The notes beneath the pieces were generated by a model that did no database searches, had not been told where the DNA came from, and was given only the letters and a program-made list of their open reading frames with translations. From positions 2,058 through 66,057 of the IMG/VR virus record IMGVR_UViG_3300020181_000012: DNA of 64,000 bases. One strand, written 5' to 3'. Below, piece after piece: positions 34,287 through 44,625 of the stretch. The position numbers were made by a program, and so were the translations under genes. The stretch comes from a virus. Lineage: Duplodnaviria; Caudoviricetes. Position 1 is the stretch's first letter. Each line of letters opens with the position of its first letter.

Positions 34287-35345
34287 ATGGCTTACGGAAA
34301 CACGGTAAGACTAACAAAAGAAACTATCCTCAATAAAGTTTCTCAATCACAAATATTTCAATATTATCTAGGATATACTCCCGAAGAGGGTAAAAGATAT
34401 ACTAATCCAGGTAGAACAGATAAAAAACCCGATTGCTATTTTTATGTTAAGAATGGTAAGATAAGGTTCAGAGATCCTGCTATGCCTTTGGATGAAGATT
34501 GTTTTGGCATAGTAATGTATATGGAAAGATGTAATTTCCCTGTAGCATTAGAAACCATAGCAAAAGATTTTGGATTATATGGATGGAGTAATAGAGTTAT
34601 TGTAAATCTAGATAATATAGCTAATGAAACAATTAAGGAGAAACAAAGAACTAGGTTTACAGTTAGATTCAGGAAATGGAATTTATTAGATGCTGAATAT
34701 TGGAAAAGTTTCTATATAACAAGTGAAATACTTAATCTATTTAATGTTAAACCTGTTAAAGTAGTATGGATAGATGATAGAGAATTACCATCATATATTT
34801 ATACAGAGAATGATCCTTGTTATGCTTATATATTTCCAGATAAGACTATAAAATTGTACTTCCCCTTAAGAGAGAAGGGACAAACGCGTTTTTGGAATAA
34901 TTCTTCATATGTACAAGGTCTAAACCTTTTACCTGATAGGGGAGAGGAAGTTATAATAACTAAATCATATAAAGACGTACTTGCATTAAGAATATTTGAT
35001 ATATATGCAATTGCGCCTCAAGCAGAAACTAATATAATAGATATAGAACTTATTAATGATTTAAAGAGAAGATTTAATACTATTTATTCATTATATGATT
35101 GGGATAGAGCAGGGTTGAGAGGTGCATATACTCTTAAGAAAGATCATGGTATTACTCCCTTATTTTTTACTAGATCTGAAGCTTGTGAATTTCTAGGAGC
35201 TAAAGTAAGATATAATTACGAGAAGAAAGATTTTACAGATAACCTCAAGGCATATGGTTATCAAGATATGATTAGTATAATTAATCATACAAAAATGACA
35301 TTACAAATACAACAAATAATTAAACAAGAAATTATACCGTTTTAA
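34287..35345 (+). CDS. dnaG: DNA primase (TOPRIM)
   Basis: Degenerate Zn-finger-like N-terminus (NPGR.D..PDC), IITKSYKDV, YDWDRAG, KDFTD. Confidence 0.8.
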   Translation: MAYGNTVRLTKETILNKVSQSQIFQYYLGYTPEEGKRYTNPGRTDKKPDCYFYVKNGKIRFRDPAMPLDEDCFGIVMYMERCNFPVALETIAKDFGLYGWSNRVIVNLDNIANETIKEKQRTRFTVRFRKWNLLDAEYWKSFYITSEILNLFNVKPVKVVWIDDRELPSYIYTENDPCYAYIFPDKTIKLYFPLREKGQTRFWNNSSYVQGLNLLPDRGEEVIITKSYKDVLALRIFDIYAIAPQAETNIIDIELINDLKRRFNTIYSLYDWDRAGLRGAYTLKKDHGITPLFFTRSEACEFLGAKVRYNYEKKDFTDNLKAYGYQDMISIINHTKMTLQIQQIIKQEIIPF

Positions 35346-35346
35346 T

Positions 35347-35643
35347 ATGAAAAAATATGATCCAGCCTTTAATAGGATTAAAATTAGACAAAATGATTTA
35401 ATAATAAGTAATACTCAAATACAATCTATGGTGTTGTTATTTGGAGAGGATACTAAATTTACTATAACGCCTAAAATAAGAATAGAAGCTGAGGAGATTG
35501 GTATAAGTGAAGATAAGCTAAAAGATATAATACTCTTATTAAGATTTGCATATACATTGGATTCATATTTTTATATATCTTCCGGTAAACTTAGAATTAA
35601 GAAGATGGAAGTATTTGAAGCTAAAGATATAGAAGAAAAGTAA
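35347..35643 (+). CDS. Hypothetical protein
   Basis: In-operon ORF. Confidence 0.6.
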   Translation: MKKYDPAFNRIKIRQNDLIISNTQIQSMVLLFGEDTKFTITPKIRIEAEEIGISEDKLKDIILLLRFAYTLDSYFYISSGKLRIKKMEVFEAKDIEEK

Positions 35644-35742
35644 AGCCTTTAGAATTCAACGGTTGAAATCAATCTGTACAGTACTCTGAGATTTTTGATT
35701 CTAGGAGCTTTTGATTTTCCTGAATTCTATGTAAATTGATAT

Positions 35743-36171
35743 ATGATACAGAAAACAATAGAATTTAACGAATCCAACTGGTACAGTGATTGGTATGTTC
35801 TTGATATAACCCCGCAAACATCTCCAAGACCAAGACTAGGGAAATTTGGAGCTTATATGCCAGAAAAATATAAAGCTTATCAAGATGTTATGATGTATGA
35901 AATGAAAAAACATAAAATAACTCCTGATGATTATGGTATAATAGAAGTTATAGCTTTATTTCCATTTCCTAAGAGTACTCCTAAAAAAAGACTTATAAAT
36001 AATTCTCCTATGAGAGTTAAGCCAGATTATGATAATACAGCTAAGACTATTACCGATTGTTTAGAAAAGTTAGGAATTATAGCTAATGATAGTCAAATAT
36101 GGAAAGCTAGTATAGAGAAAAGGTACACTACAGACAAAGAGGGAAAAATATTATTTAAATTATTAAAGTAA
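35743..36171 (+). CDS. rusA: RusA-like Holliday junction resolvase
   Basis: PRPR, KPDYDNTAKTITDCL, NDSQI. Confidence 0.85.
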   Translation: MIQKTIEFNESNWYSDWYVLDITPQTSPRPRLGKFGAYMPEKYKAYQDVMMYEMKKHKITPDDYGIIEVIALFPFPKSTPKKRLINNSPMRVKPDYDNTAKTITDCLEKLGIIANDSQIWKASIEKRYTTDKEGKILFKLLK

Positions 36172-36179
36172 AAATTGTT

Positions 36180-36470
36180 ATGAAAGTAGGATCAATAGTT
36201 GAATGTATAAATAATCAATTTCCTCTACATAATAAATTTCCATTTATCAAGGTGCCTAAATATAAAGGAATATATACAGTAAGAGATATAGGTGTAAGAT
36301 ATGATGGTAATGTGTTTATTAGATTGGAGGAGTTAATTAATCCAATAATGAGTTGGCCTGATGGAGATTATGGAGAAGTGCAATTTGATATAAATAGATT
36401 TAAAGAAGTGGATTATAATATAGCAGAACTTAAAGAAATTTTGAATGAAACAATTCCCTGCTCTATATAA
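36180..36470 (+). CDS. Small SH3/KOW-like protein
   Basis: MKVGSIVECI...FDINRFKEV. Confidence 0.55.
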   Translation: MKVGSIVECINNQFPLHNKFPFIKVPKYKGIYTVRDIGVRYDGNVFIRLEELINPIMSWPDGDYGEVQFDINRFKEVDYNIAELKEILNETIPCSI

Positions 36471-37674
36471 AAGAGCTAAAACAGGTAAAATCCAAGAATG
36501 GATTATAGAAGTAGAAGATGCTACTGATAACATAGATGGATATGTTAATATATTAATACATCAAGGACAGCTTGGAGGTAAAAAGCAGACTTATGTTGAG
36601 CAAGTGCTTGAAGGTAAGCAGAGAAGAGATAGATTCCAACAAGGGGTATCACAAGCTGAAAGTAGATGGAAAAAGAAAAAAGATGAAGGTTATAAAAGTT
36701 TACAAGATTTAGGTTACGATGAAAAAGGTATTAAGTACTGGCAAGAAGAAAAAGATAATAAAATCAGTGAATTTACTAATGCGATTGATTTACTGTTACC
36801 TACTTATAACACTGATTCATCAGGTAATATTAAACCTATGCTAGCTCAAAAATATGAAGATTGTAAACATAAGCTAAGATTTCCTTGTTTAGAACAACCT
36901 AAACTTAATGGTGTTAGATGTTTAGCCTTTCTTGAAGAAGAAAATGATGGTTTATTTGTTACAACCAAAGTTAAACTTCTCAGTAGAGATGGTAAGGAGT
37001 ATAAAGTAGACCATATACAGAAGGATCTATTAAGGATGTTTGAGAAGTTGGATAGTAGTATAGTATTTGATGGAGAAATATATTCTCATAACATGCCTCT
37101 TAATCAAATAGTAGCTGCTGTTAAAAAACCAAATGAAAATACACCCAAATTAGGATATTATATTTATGATTTAGCTATTGAGAATGTTAAGCAGTGGGAT
37201 AGAAATCAAATGATTTTGATGTTTACTCAGGAAGTATTAACTCATTTGAAGCCTAATTCTATTAATAATATAAGAACTACTATAATAAATTCTGAAGAAG
37301 AAATTATACCAACTCAAATATCTCATATAAAAAATGGATATGAAGGAATGATGCTTAGAAATTATGAAGGTAGATATGCTTTTGGATCTAGATCTAAAGA
37401 TTTACTTAAAGTTAAATCTTGGAAGGAAGAAGAGTTCGAAATAATAGGATATAGAGTTGGAAGTAGAGGAGTACAAGATTTAATATTTAAATGCAGAACT
37501 CAAGATGGAGTAGAATTTGACCCAGTAGCTACTGGAACTATTCAGGAGAAACAAGAGTTATATGATAATATAGATGACTTAATTGGTAAGAAGGCTACTG
37601 TAAAATTCTTTGAGTATACCGAATATGGAACCCCATTTCATGGACATGTAACTGTAATACGAGATTATGATTAA
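36445..37674 (+). CDS. lig: ATP-dependent DNA ligase
   Basis: QPKLNGVR, FDGEIY, YIYDL, EGMMLR, LLKVK; WGR-like N-terminus. Confidence 0.9.
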   Translation: MKQFPALYKRAKTGKIQEWIIEVEDATDNIDGYVNILIHQGQLGGKKQTYVEQVLEGKQRRDRFQQGVSQAESRWKKKKDEGYKSLQDLGYDEKGIKYWQEEKDNKISEFTNAIDLLLPTYNTDSSGNIKPMLAQKYEDCKHKLRFPCLEQPKLNGVRCLAFLEEENDGLFVTTKVKLLSRDGKEYKVDHIQKDLLRMFEKLDSSIVFDGEIYSHNMPLNQIVAAVKKPNENTPKLGYYIYDLAIENVKQWDRNQMILMFTQEVLTHLKPNSINNIRTTIINSEEEIIPTQISHIKNGYEGMMLRNYEGRYAFGSRSKDLLKVKSWKEEEFEIIGYRVGSRGVQDLIFKCRTQDGVEFDPVATGTIQEKQELYDNIDDLIGKKATVKFFEYTEYGTPFHGHVTVIRDYD

Positions 37675-37909
37675 TAAATTTTATAAAGTAGGTAATATCT
37701 ACTATAGATTAGGAGAATATGCAAATCTAGCAGTTACATATAAGAAATCTAATATTGCGGTTCATGATATAAGTTTGGCAATATATCTACCTTCTGCTGA
37801 AGAGTTTGCTAGAGTTCAACAAGGTATATTAAAAAATGTAATTACTGAAATATCAAGAGAAGAGTTTGAAAGTAATTTAAAAATAGTAAGTTCTATACTA
37901 GGTTTATGA
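37667..37909 (+). CDS. Hypothetical protein
   Basis: In-operon ORF. Confidence 0.6.
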   Translation: MINKFYKVGNIYYRLGEYANLAVTYKKSNIAVHDISLAIYLPSAEEFARVQQGILKNVITEISREEFESNLKIVSSILGL

Positions 37910-38208
37910 TAGAAATAGTAGAAGATTTAGACCAGGTTCTAGATATAATAAATTCCTTGGAAGAAGAGAATAAGAATTATGTATTTAGAGAATTTTCTGA
38001 TGATAAAGATAAAAGTATTGTATTTTATAGAATACAAGAGAAAAGGCTTTTACTTTTACATAAAGAAAAAGGAGAATTATCTGCTATATTTTCTCTTACA
38101 TCTAATGAACTAATAAGTTATATACAATATGCTTTCTTTTATCCTCAAGAAAATAAGGATTCCTTAATTAAACAAATAAGAAATTCATTTGAAGGATATG
38201 ATATATGA
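37906..38208 (+). CDS. Hypothetical protein
   Basis: In-operon ORF. Confidence 0.6.
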   Translation: MIEIVEDLDQVLDIINSLEEENKNYVFREFSDDKDKSIVFYRIQEKRLLLLHKEKGELSAIFSLTSNELISYIQYAFFYPQENKDSLIKQIRNSFEGYDI

Positions 38209-38462
38209 TTCCTACTATAAAAACTCATGGATATAAATGGTTAACTTCTGATATAAAGAATAGACCTAGAACTAGAGTTAAGAGAAAGAAGAAAGATGAT
38301 AGACTTTATATCTATATGCCCGATGAAAGAGAAAGAAGAAATGAGATGGCTAAGATCAGATATAAACTTAAAAAGATGAAACCTCTATTGGAAAATCAAA
38401 TAGAGAAGGAAAAAAATAAATTAATTGACCAACTTAAACAACTTAAAAAGAAAGATGAATAG
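38205..38462 (+). CDS. Basic hypothetical protein
   Basis: K/R-rich, in operon. Confidence 0.55.
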   Translation: MIPTIKTHGYKWLTSDIKNRPRTRVKRKKKDDRLYIYMPDERERRNEMAKIRYKLKKMKPLLENQIEKEKNKLIDQLKQLKKKDE

Positions 38463-39081
38463 TTTATATAACATTGCAGAAGAGTATTTAACATTAATAT
38501 CAGAATTAGAAGAGAATGGTGGTGAATTAACACCAGAATTAGAAGAAGCATTAAAAATAAATGCTAATGAATTAGAAAGAAAGTGTACTAATTATCATTA
38601 TATAATTAATATGCTTAAAACTAATGTGGAAATGGCTGATAGAGAAATTGCAAGAATTCAAAATTTTAAGAATACAAAGTTAAAAAATATAGAGAAGTTA
38701 GAGGAAAATCTATTACAAGCTCTATTGATCTTTGGTAAGGAAGATAAGCTCTCCCCTAAAGATAAAGAGGCTGGAAAGAAGCCTGTTAAAAGACTTGAAT
38801 TTGGAACTCTAAGATTATCTACTAGAAGATCTACATCTACAGAGATATATAATGCTGCACTTGTAGATGATAAATATAAGTATTGTAGTTTAACTGTTAA
38901 GAAGATTTCTACTAAAAGACTTAATGCATTATTAGAGCTTGTAAGAAAGGAAACAGAAACTCATGAAAATATTGTTACTGAGCAGGAACCTTCTAAAACT
39001 CTTATAAGAGAAGACTTAGATCAAGGTAAGGAAGTTCAAGGAGCTATGTTAAAAGATTCATACAGTTTAGTTATTAAATAA
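38455..39081 (+). CDS. Siphovirus Gp157-family protein
   Basis: MNSLYNIAEEYL...EIARIQ..K....KNIEKL...GTLRLSTRRS...EVQGA.L...SLVIK. Confidence 0.8.
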   Translation: MNSLYNIAEEYLTLISELEENGGELTPELEEALKINANELERKCTNYHYIINMLKTNVEMADREIARIQNFKNTKLKNIEKLEENLLQALLIFGKEDKLSPKDKEAGKKPVKRLEFGTLRLSTRRSTSTEIYNAALVDDKYKYCSLTVKKISTKRLNALLELVRKETETHENIVTEQEPSKTLIREDLDQGKEVQGAMLKDSYSLVIK

Positions 39082-39082
39082 T

Positions 39083-39325
39083 ATGAGTTGGATTCCAATA
39101 TCAAATAAAAGATTAGCTAGAGAACTTAGTTTCTCTAGCTTTGAATTTAAGGAAGGAGATCGTCAAAAGGTTATAGATTTATCAGACTATACAACTAGAC
39201 AAATCATAACTATAATTGCAGAAGATAATAAATATAAATCATTAGAATCTATATTTCTAATACATAAATCTCAAACATTGTTAGAAATAGCAGAATTAAT
39301 TTTTGAATATGAGTTTAACCAATGA
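39083..39325 (+). CDS. Hypothetical protein
   Basis: In-operon ORF. Confidence 0.55.
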   Translation: MSWIPISNKRLARELSFSSFEFKEGDRQKVIDLSDYTTRQIITIIAEDNKYKSLESIFLIHKSQTLLEIAELIFEYEFNQ

Positions 39326-41012
39326 AGATATTCAATTAGTTCATTCAGGTATTAAAATAGTAGCAGGTAAATGTGATGGAGCAGCACAACTAGATGGAAG
39401 TGGATTTAATAGACAGGATACGGATTTTGGACATAATTTAGCTAATCTAGAAAGAATAAGTGAACTCCAGGCTATGATGGGAGTTAAGATGATAAGGAAA
39501 TATCATAGACAATTACCCGAAGAAATGGTGGTAGAGTTTGATAGAATTTTGAAATTAATACCAATGGATGAACCTAAAAATGAAATAGAGAATACACTAG
39601 TAAAGCAAGAAGAAGTTATAAATGAGGCTGAAGTTACATTATCAAATGGTAAGAAAATCATTTTAAATGAACAACAAGTAGGAGCCTTAAAAGATATAAA
39701 AGATTGGCTGTTAAGCAAGAGTGAACTATTTTACACATTAGCTGGATTTGCAGGTACAGGTAAAACTACTATTGCAAAAGAAGCTGTTAAGCATTTAAGG
39801 TTTGGAGTAGGAGTTTCTGCTCCTACTCATAAGGCTAAGAAGGTAATAGCTAGAAGTGTAGGTAGACCTGCTAATACAATTCAATCTTTGTTAGGACTTC
39901 AGCCTAACACTGATTTAGATAATTTTAATATAAATAAACCTCAATTTGATTCATTAAGAGAACCAGCAATAGGAGACTATGATTTAATTCTTATAGATGA
40001 AGCTTCAATGTTAAACACAGATCTATTTACATTGTTAATACAAGAAGCTGCTAATTATAAAACTAAGATATTATTTATGGGTGATCCTGCACAGTTACCA
40101 CCTGTTAAAGAAGATATATCTCAAGTCTTTGTAAGTGAGAAAATCAATAGAACTTATCAATTAACTAAAGTTGAGAGACAAGCTGACGGTAATCCTCTAA
40201 TGTTATTCTATGATGCTATAAGAAATGATATTTCTTCTTCAATTGATAGATTTGAGCATAAAACTCAAGTAAATGATAAGGGAGAGGGTATTGAATTTCA
40301 TAAAGATTTAGATCCTTTTAAAGCAAGAGTTATTGATGTATTTACAAGTGGTGAATATAGAGAAGATAAGGACTATGCTAAATTACTAAGCTGGACTAAT
40401 GAACAAGTTAAAGCTTGGAATAAGATAATAAGAAATGCTATCTTTACTGAAGAAGGTAAGAGAGTATTAGAAATAGGAGACTTATTATTATCTTACAATA
40501 GTGTAACTGGTAGTTATGGTCAACCTCTGATTGAAAATTCTACCGAGTTCATAGTAAAGGGGGTTAGAGAAGCTACAAATGAATATCATATTGAAGGTTA
40601 TAGAGTAGCATTACAAGATCTAGATGGATTTAATGTAAATGAAGAAATATTTATAGTTAAACCTCAACTAGATAATTATGTTAGATTTTTAGCTGAATTT
40701 AATGATAAGCTAGCCTATGCTAAAAGAGTTAAAGGTGGAGCATGGAGAGAATATTATCATTTTAAAGAAAGAAATCTTCTTGTTGAAGATTTAAGAGATA
40801 AATACAAAAAGCTAATAGTTAAGAAGGATTTTGATTATGGTTATGCTATAACTGTACATAAATCTCAAGGATCTACTTATAATACTGTATTTGTTACTGA
40901 AAATGTTATAGATTTAAATCCTATAGCAGAAGAAAGAAATAAGTTAAAATATGTAGCATTTAGTAGACCTACTAAACTAGTAGTATCATTATCACAAAAA
41001 ACAATATTATAA
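39303..41012 (+). CDS. Dda/RecD-like SF1B helicase with extra N-terminal domain
   Basis: GFAGTGKT, APTHKA, IDEASM, GDPAQLPPV, YAITVHKSQGSTY, YVAFSR. Confidence 0.9.
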   Translation: MNMSLTNEDIQLVHSGIKIVAGKCDGAAQLDGSGFNRQDTDFGHNLANLERISELQAMMGVKMIRKYHRQLPEEMVVEFDRILKLIPMDEPKNEIENTLVKQEEVINEAEVTLSNGKKIILNEQQVGALKDIKDWLLSKSELFYTLAGFAGTGKTTIAKEAVKHLRFGVGVSAPTHKAKKVIARSVGRPANTIQSLLGLQPNTDLDNFNINKPQFDSLREPAIGDYDLILIDEASMLNTDLFTLLIQEAANYKTKILFMGDPAQLPPVKEDISQVFVSEKINRTYQLTKVERQADGNPLMLFYDAIRNDISSSIDRFEHKTQVNDKGEGIEFHKDLDPFKARVIDVFTSGEYREDKDYAKLLSWTNEQVKAWNKIIRNAIFTEEGKRVLEIGDLLLSYNSVTGSYGQPLIENSTEFIVKGVREATNEYHIEGYRVALQDLDGFNVNEEIFIVKPQLDNYVRFLAEFNDKLAYAKRVKGGAWREYYHFKERNLLVEDLRDKYKKLIVKKDFDYGYAITVHKSQGSTYNTVFVTENVIDLNPIAEERNKLKYVAFSRPTKLVVSLSQKTIL

Positions 41013-41380
41013 TGGATTATACAAACATGGAGTCTGTTAAAGGTACAGTTACGATACAAGTCTCAGATTATGAGAGACTACAAGCTAAAATTCAGGAATT
41101 AAGAGAAGATCAAGCTACTATTCAAAAAGAAATAGAAAAGATTGCTAATTCAGATAAACCTCTTATTATTTTAAGAGAGAATAGATATGATGGTAGAGTT
41201 GCTATAGTTAGTAAAAATCTTGAAAATATACCAGAATACAAATCATTATTAATTGAAGAAAAAGTTAAAGTTAAGGAAATAGAAATTTCTAAATTACTTC
41301 AAAGGCAAGAAGAATTTAAGAAAGAAATAAATAAATTAAAATCAAGAGGGTTCTGGTCAAGATTATTTAATATAAAATGA
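41012..41380 (+). CDS. Coiled-coil protein
   Basis: Heptads, ends RGFWSRLF. Confidence 0.65.
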   Translation: MDYTNMESVKGTVTIQVSDYERLQAKIQELREDQATIQKEIEKIANSDKPLIILRENRYDGRVAIVSKNLENIPEYKSLLIEEKVKVKEIEISKLLQRQEEFKKEINKLKSRGFWSRLFNIK

Positions 41381-42096
41381 GTACACTTAATCTATTTGAT
41401 GATCCTGCCAAACTAGAGAAGAAGAAAGCTCAAGTAACAGGACTTATTGGAGAAGATTGGTACCGACAAATAGGAGATTTGTTTGATAGACCTTATATGC
41501 TGAGTTTGATCTCTTTCCTCTCTCAAAGAAGAAAACTCGCAAAGGTCTATCCTTCATCTCCTAATGTGTTTAGAGCTTTCAAAAGTACTCCATATAAAGA
41601 TGTAAAAGTAATAATACTTGGACAAGATCCCTACCATAACGGGGCTGCTGATGGTTTAGCCTTTTCATCAGGTGGTAAAGGAACTCCAAAATCATTACAA
41701 GTAATATTTGAAGAGATAGCTAGAACTCATAAGGACTTTAATAAGCTAAGATTAGCTGATCTTAGTGATTGGGCAAGTCAAGGTGTATTACTTCTTAATA
41801 CTATATTAACAGTTGAAGAAGGAAATGCAGGTGCGCATGAAGGAAAAGGATGGGAACAATTTACTATAGAAGTAATAAGAAGATTAAACAAGCATACCTT
41901 TCCTTTAGTATTTGTATTATGGGGATCTAAAGCTAAACAATACGATAGATATATCGATAAAGGTTATCATTTAGTATTAGAAGGCGTTCATCCTGCTTCT
42001 CAATTAAGAGGTACAGGTGTATTTGTAGGTAATGATCACTTCAAATTAATAGACGAACATATAAAGAAAACATATAGTTCTAAAATAAACTGGTAG
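41377..42096 (+). CDS. ung: Uracil-DNA glycosylase family 1
   Basis: ILGQDPYH, GLAFS, GVLLLN, LWGS.A, HPAS. Confidence 0.95.
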   Translation: MSTLNLFDDPAKLEKKKAQVTGLIGEDWYRQIGDLFDRPYMLSLISFLSQRRKLAKVYPSSPNVFRAFKSTPYKDVKVIILGQDPYHNGAADGLAFSSGGKGTPKSLQVIFEEIARTHKDFNKLRLADLSDWASQGVLLLNTILTVEEGNAGAHEGKGWEQFTIEVIRRLNKHTFPLVFVLWGSKAKQYDRYIDKGYHLVLEGVHPASQLRGTGVFVGNDHFKLIDEHIKKTYSSKINW

Positions 42097-42100
42097 TAAT

Positions 42101-42349
42101 ATGACAAATCAAGAAGAAAAACCAAAAGTAGAAATTAATACTCATAATATTAAAGCATGTAGATACTATAAACATTATAAAGGTGGAACATACTTTGTAA
42201 ATGGATTTGTTATACATGAGAAATCAGGTAAAACTGCGGTTATATATACTGATGGTTTTAACTCTTTATCTTTTGTTAGATTTGCCGAAGAGTTTGTAGA
42301 GAAAGTTGAAGGAGGTCAATTAAGATTTACATTAATGGAAAAGAAATGA
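42101..42349 (+). CDS. DUF1653-like protein
   Basis: YKHYKGGTY...E......VIY...FVR...EF....RF. Confidence 0.7.
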   Translation: MTNQEEKPKVEINTHNIKACRYYKHYKGGTYFVNGFVIHEKSGKTAVIYTDGFNSLSFVRFAEEFVEKVEGGQLRFTLMEKK

Positions 42350-44625
42350 AAATAGAAAATCCAAAGCACTTAGAAGTTAAGAGTGTAGGAGAACTTGCTG
42401 ATAGTAAGAAAGCTGGTATAGCTGAAAACAGTTTACCATTTGTTTTCGATATTCTATCAAAACAACTATACTCTAATCCTATAGGGTCTATTGTTAGGGA
42501 GATAACATCTAACTGCTTTGATAGCCATAAAGAAGCTAAGGTTGATGATCCTGTAATAATAAGAAAAGTATGGGATAAAGAAGATAAACAATATTATATT
42601 GAATTTGAAGATTTTGGTGTAGGTCTTTCTCCTGAAAGAATGGAAAGTATTTATATGAATTACTTTTCATCTACAAAGAGAGAAAGCAACGAACAAATAG
42701 GTGGATTTGGACTAGGTAGTAAAACTCCTTTATCATATAGTGATATGTTTTATATTACTACTAGATATGAAGCTATTGAATATCAGTATATTTTCCATAA
42801 GGGGGAAAATACACCTACTTTAGAAACACTATCTGAAGAAGAAACTCTTGAAAGAAATGGTACAATCATTAGGATACCTATTAAGAATACAAGGAATTAT
42901 CCTTATGACGATGAATGTCATTTATTTGAAAAGGAGTTAAAAAGTCAACTATTATATTTCGACGATGTTTACTTTGAAGGATGGAATATTAATAATGAGT
43001 ATACAATATATGAAGGTCAATACTTTAAGTTTAGATCTGATATATTCCAGGAAAAACTTATGCATATATGTATAGGAAAAGTTACATACCCTATAAACTT
43101 TAATGAAGTTAAAGTATATAATAACAAACTTCCTATAGGTATTAAATTTGAAATAGGTGAATTACCTGTAACTCCATCTAGAGAAGAAATTAGATACACT
43201 GATGCATCTAAGAAACTAATCGCTGAAAGAATAGATTTGGCTATTAAGGAAATAATAGAAAAATACGATTCTCAGAATCCAGAAATTAGTGATATAACAG
43301 AGTTCTTAAAATTAAGAAATACTAGACCAAGAATCATATTTGATGAAGAATCAAAGCATGTACTGTTTATAGATAAATTTATACAGGAAAGCAAATATAG
43401 ATTCTCCCCTATAGTGAACATAGGAGCTAAGAAAACTCCTAAGAATCTATTCTTTGAATGGGGAATACTTGGTTACATATATGATGGTAAGTTTAGAGAG
43501 TCAAAAGAAGATTTTCTTGATGATTATATAGAACGAAAGTGTGTAATCCTAGAACATGGAGAACATGTATCTAAATATGCAGCTATTTATATATGGGAAA
43601 CTTTAGGTAAGACGTATATAATTAAAAGGAAGAATATAGATTATAATGATAAGTATAAAATACTAGGATTATCTACTAAACAATTAGGCAAAGCAAGAGT
43701 AATGTCTAATTATAGCAAGATAATGAATAGTATAATACAAACTCGTAATATTCATTACTCTAGCGTCAAACCTACAGATGAGTGGATAGCTGAATATAGA
43801 AAAAGTATATATACTAATACTAATGCTTATTTAAGGAAAGCAGCTAAGAAAGTGTTTATAAGACATTATCTATGGGGAAATGAAGGAGATGAAGTTCCTG
43901 AGACTGATCTAATGAATAGGACTGGTATTACTATATATGGATTCAGAGAAGATAAAGATCTTCTACAAAAAGTGGCAGATATTGCTAAATGTAAAGCTTC
44001 TTTTCATAAAGGAAGAAGAAAAGCTATAATAGTAATACAAGTATCAAAATCTGTTGAAAAGATATTTGATGAAAATCCTAAAGCTATTCATTGTTCTAAA
44101 TTCTTTAAAACTAAAGTATTTAAAAAGATAGCTACTGCTCATTTACTTCATAAGTCATTATCTTTCTATAATTATACTACTTATTCAGATTTTATAAAGT
44201 CTTTCAAGGATAAAGAGGATAAAGTAAGATACGCAAAAGAATTTATAGCTAAACATAGAAAATATGATAGTGATTATGTTTTACCTATTGCCAAGGAGAA
44301 TAATGCTTTTATTCCTGAAGTAGCTAAATTAGTAGAAGATTTAAAATTTGATGATGTTGAAATACCAAAGTTAATAAGAGCATTAGATTTAGCTTTTCCT
44401 AGTAGAAGAGATTTTCTAAGAGATGAAGTTATAGAATATTTAAAACTAAAGAAAATAAGATTAAATAACATTTTTTATTTAAAACCTAAACAAGAAGAAA
44501 ATGGGAACCCAGAACAACAAGAAGAATCAACCTGCGAAGAAAGTAGCACAGAAACAACCAACGACCAAGTCGAAGTTCAAGCAACTAGTAGCGAAGAAGA
44601 TAGGAGCGAACATGATAGTGACTAA
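42346..44625 (+). CDS. rIIA: rIIA-like GHKL ATPase protein
   Basis: LYSN....VREITSNCFDSH, DFGVGLS, IGGFGLGSK, NGT GHKL motifs; GELPVTPSRE. Confidence 0.8.
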   Translation: MKIENPKHLEVKSVGELADSKKAGIAENSLPFVFDILSKQLYSNPIGSIVREITSNCFDSHKEAKVDDPVIIRKVWDKEDKQYYIEFEDFGVGLSPERMESIYMNYFSSTKRESNEQIGGFGLGSKTPLSYSDMFYITTRYEAIEYQYIFHKGENTPTLETLSEEETLERNGTIIRIPIKNTRNYPYDDECHLFEKELKSQLLYFDDVYFEGWNINNEYTIYEGQYFKFRSDIFQEKLMHICIGKVTYPINFNEVKVYNNKLPIGIKFEIGELPVTPSREEIRYTDASKKLIAERIDLAIKEIIEKYDSQNPEISDITEFLKLRNTRPRIIFDEESKHVLFIDKFIQESKYRFSPIVNIGAKKTPKNLFFEWGILGYIYDGKFRESKEDFLDDYIERKCVILEHGEHVSKYAAIYIWETLGKTYIIKRKNIDYNDKYKILGLSTKQLGKARVMSNYSKIMNSIIQTRNIHYSSVKPTDEWIAEYRKSIYTNTNAYLRKAAKKVFIRHYLWGNEGDEVPETDLMNRTGITIYGFREDKDLLQKVADIAKCKASFHKGRRKAIIVIQVSKSVEKIFDENPKAIHCSKFFKTKVFKKIATAHLLHKSLSFYNYTTYSDFIKSFKDKEDKVRYAKEFIAKHRKYDSDYVLPIAKENNAFIPEVAKLVEDLKFDDVEIPKLIRALDLAFPSRRDFLRDEVIEYLKLKKIRLNNIFYLKPKQEENGNPEQQEESTCEESSTETTNDQVEVQATSSEEDRSEHDSD

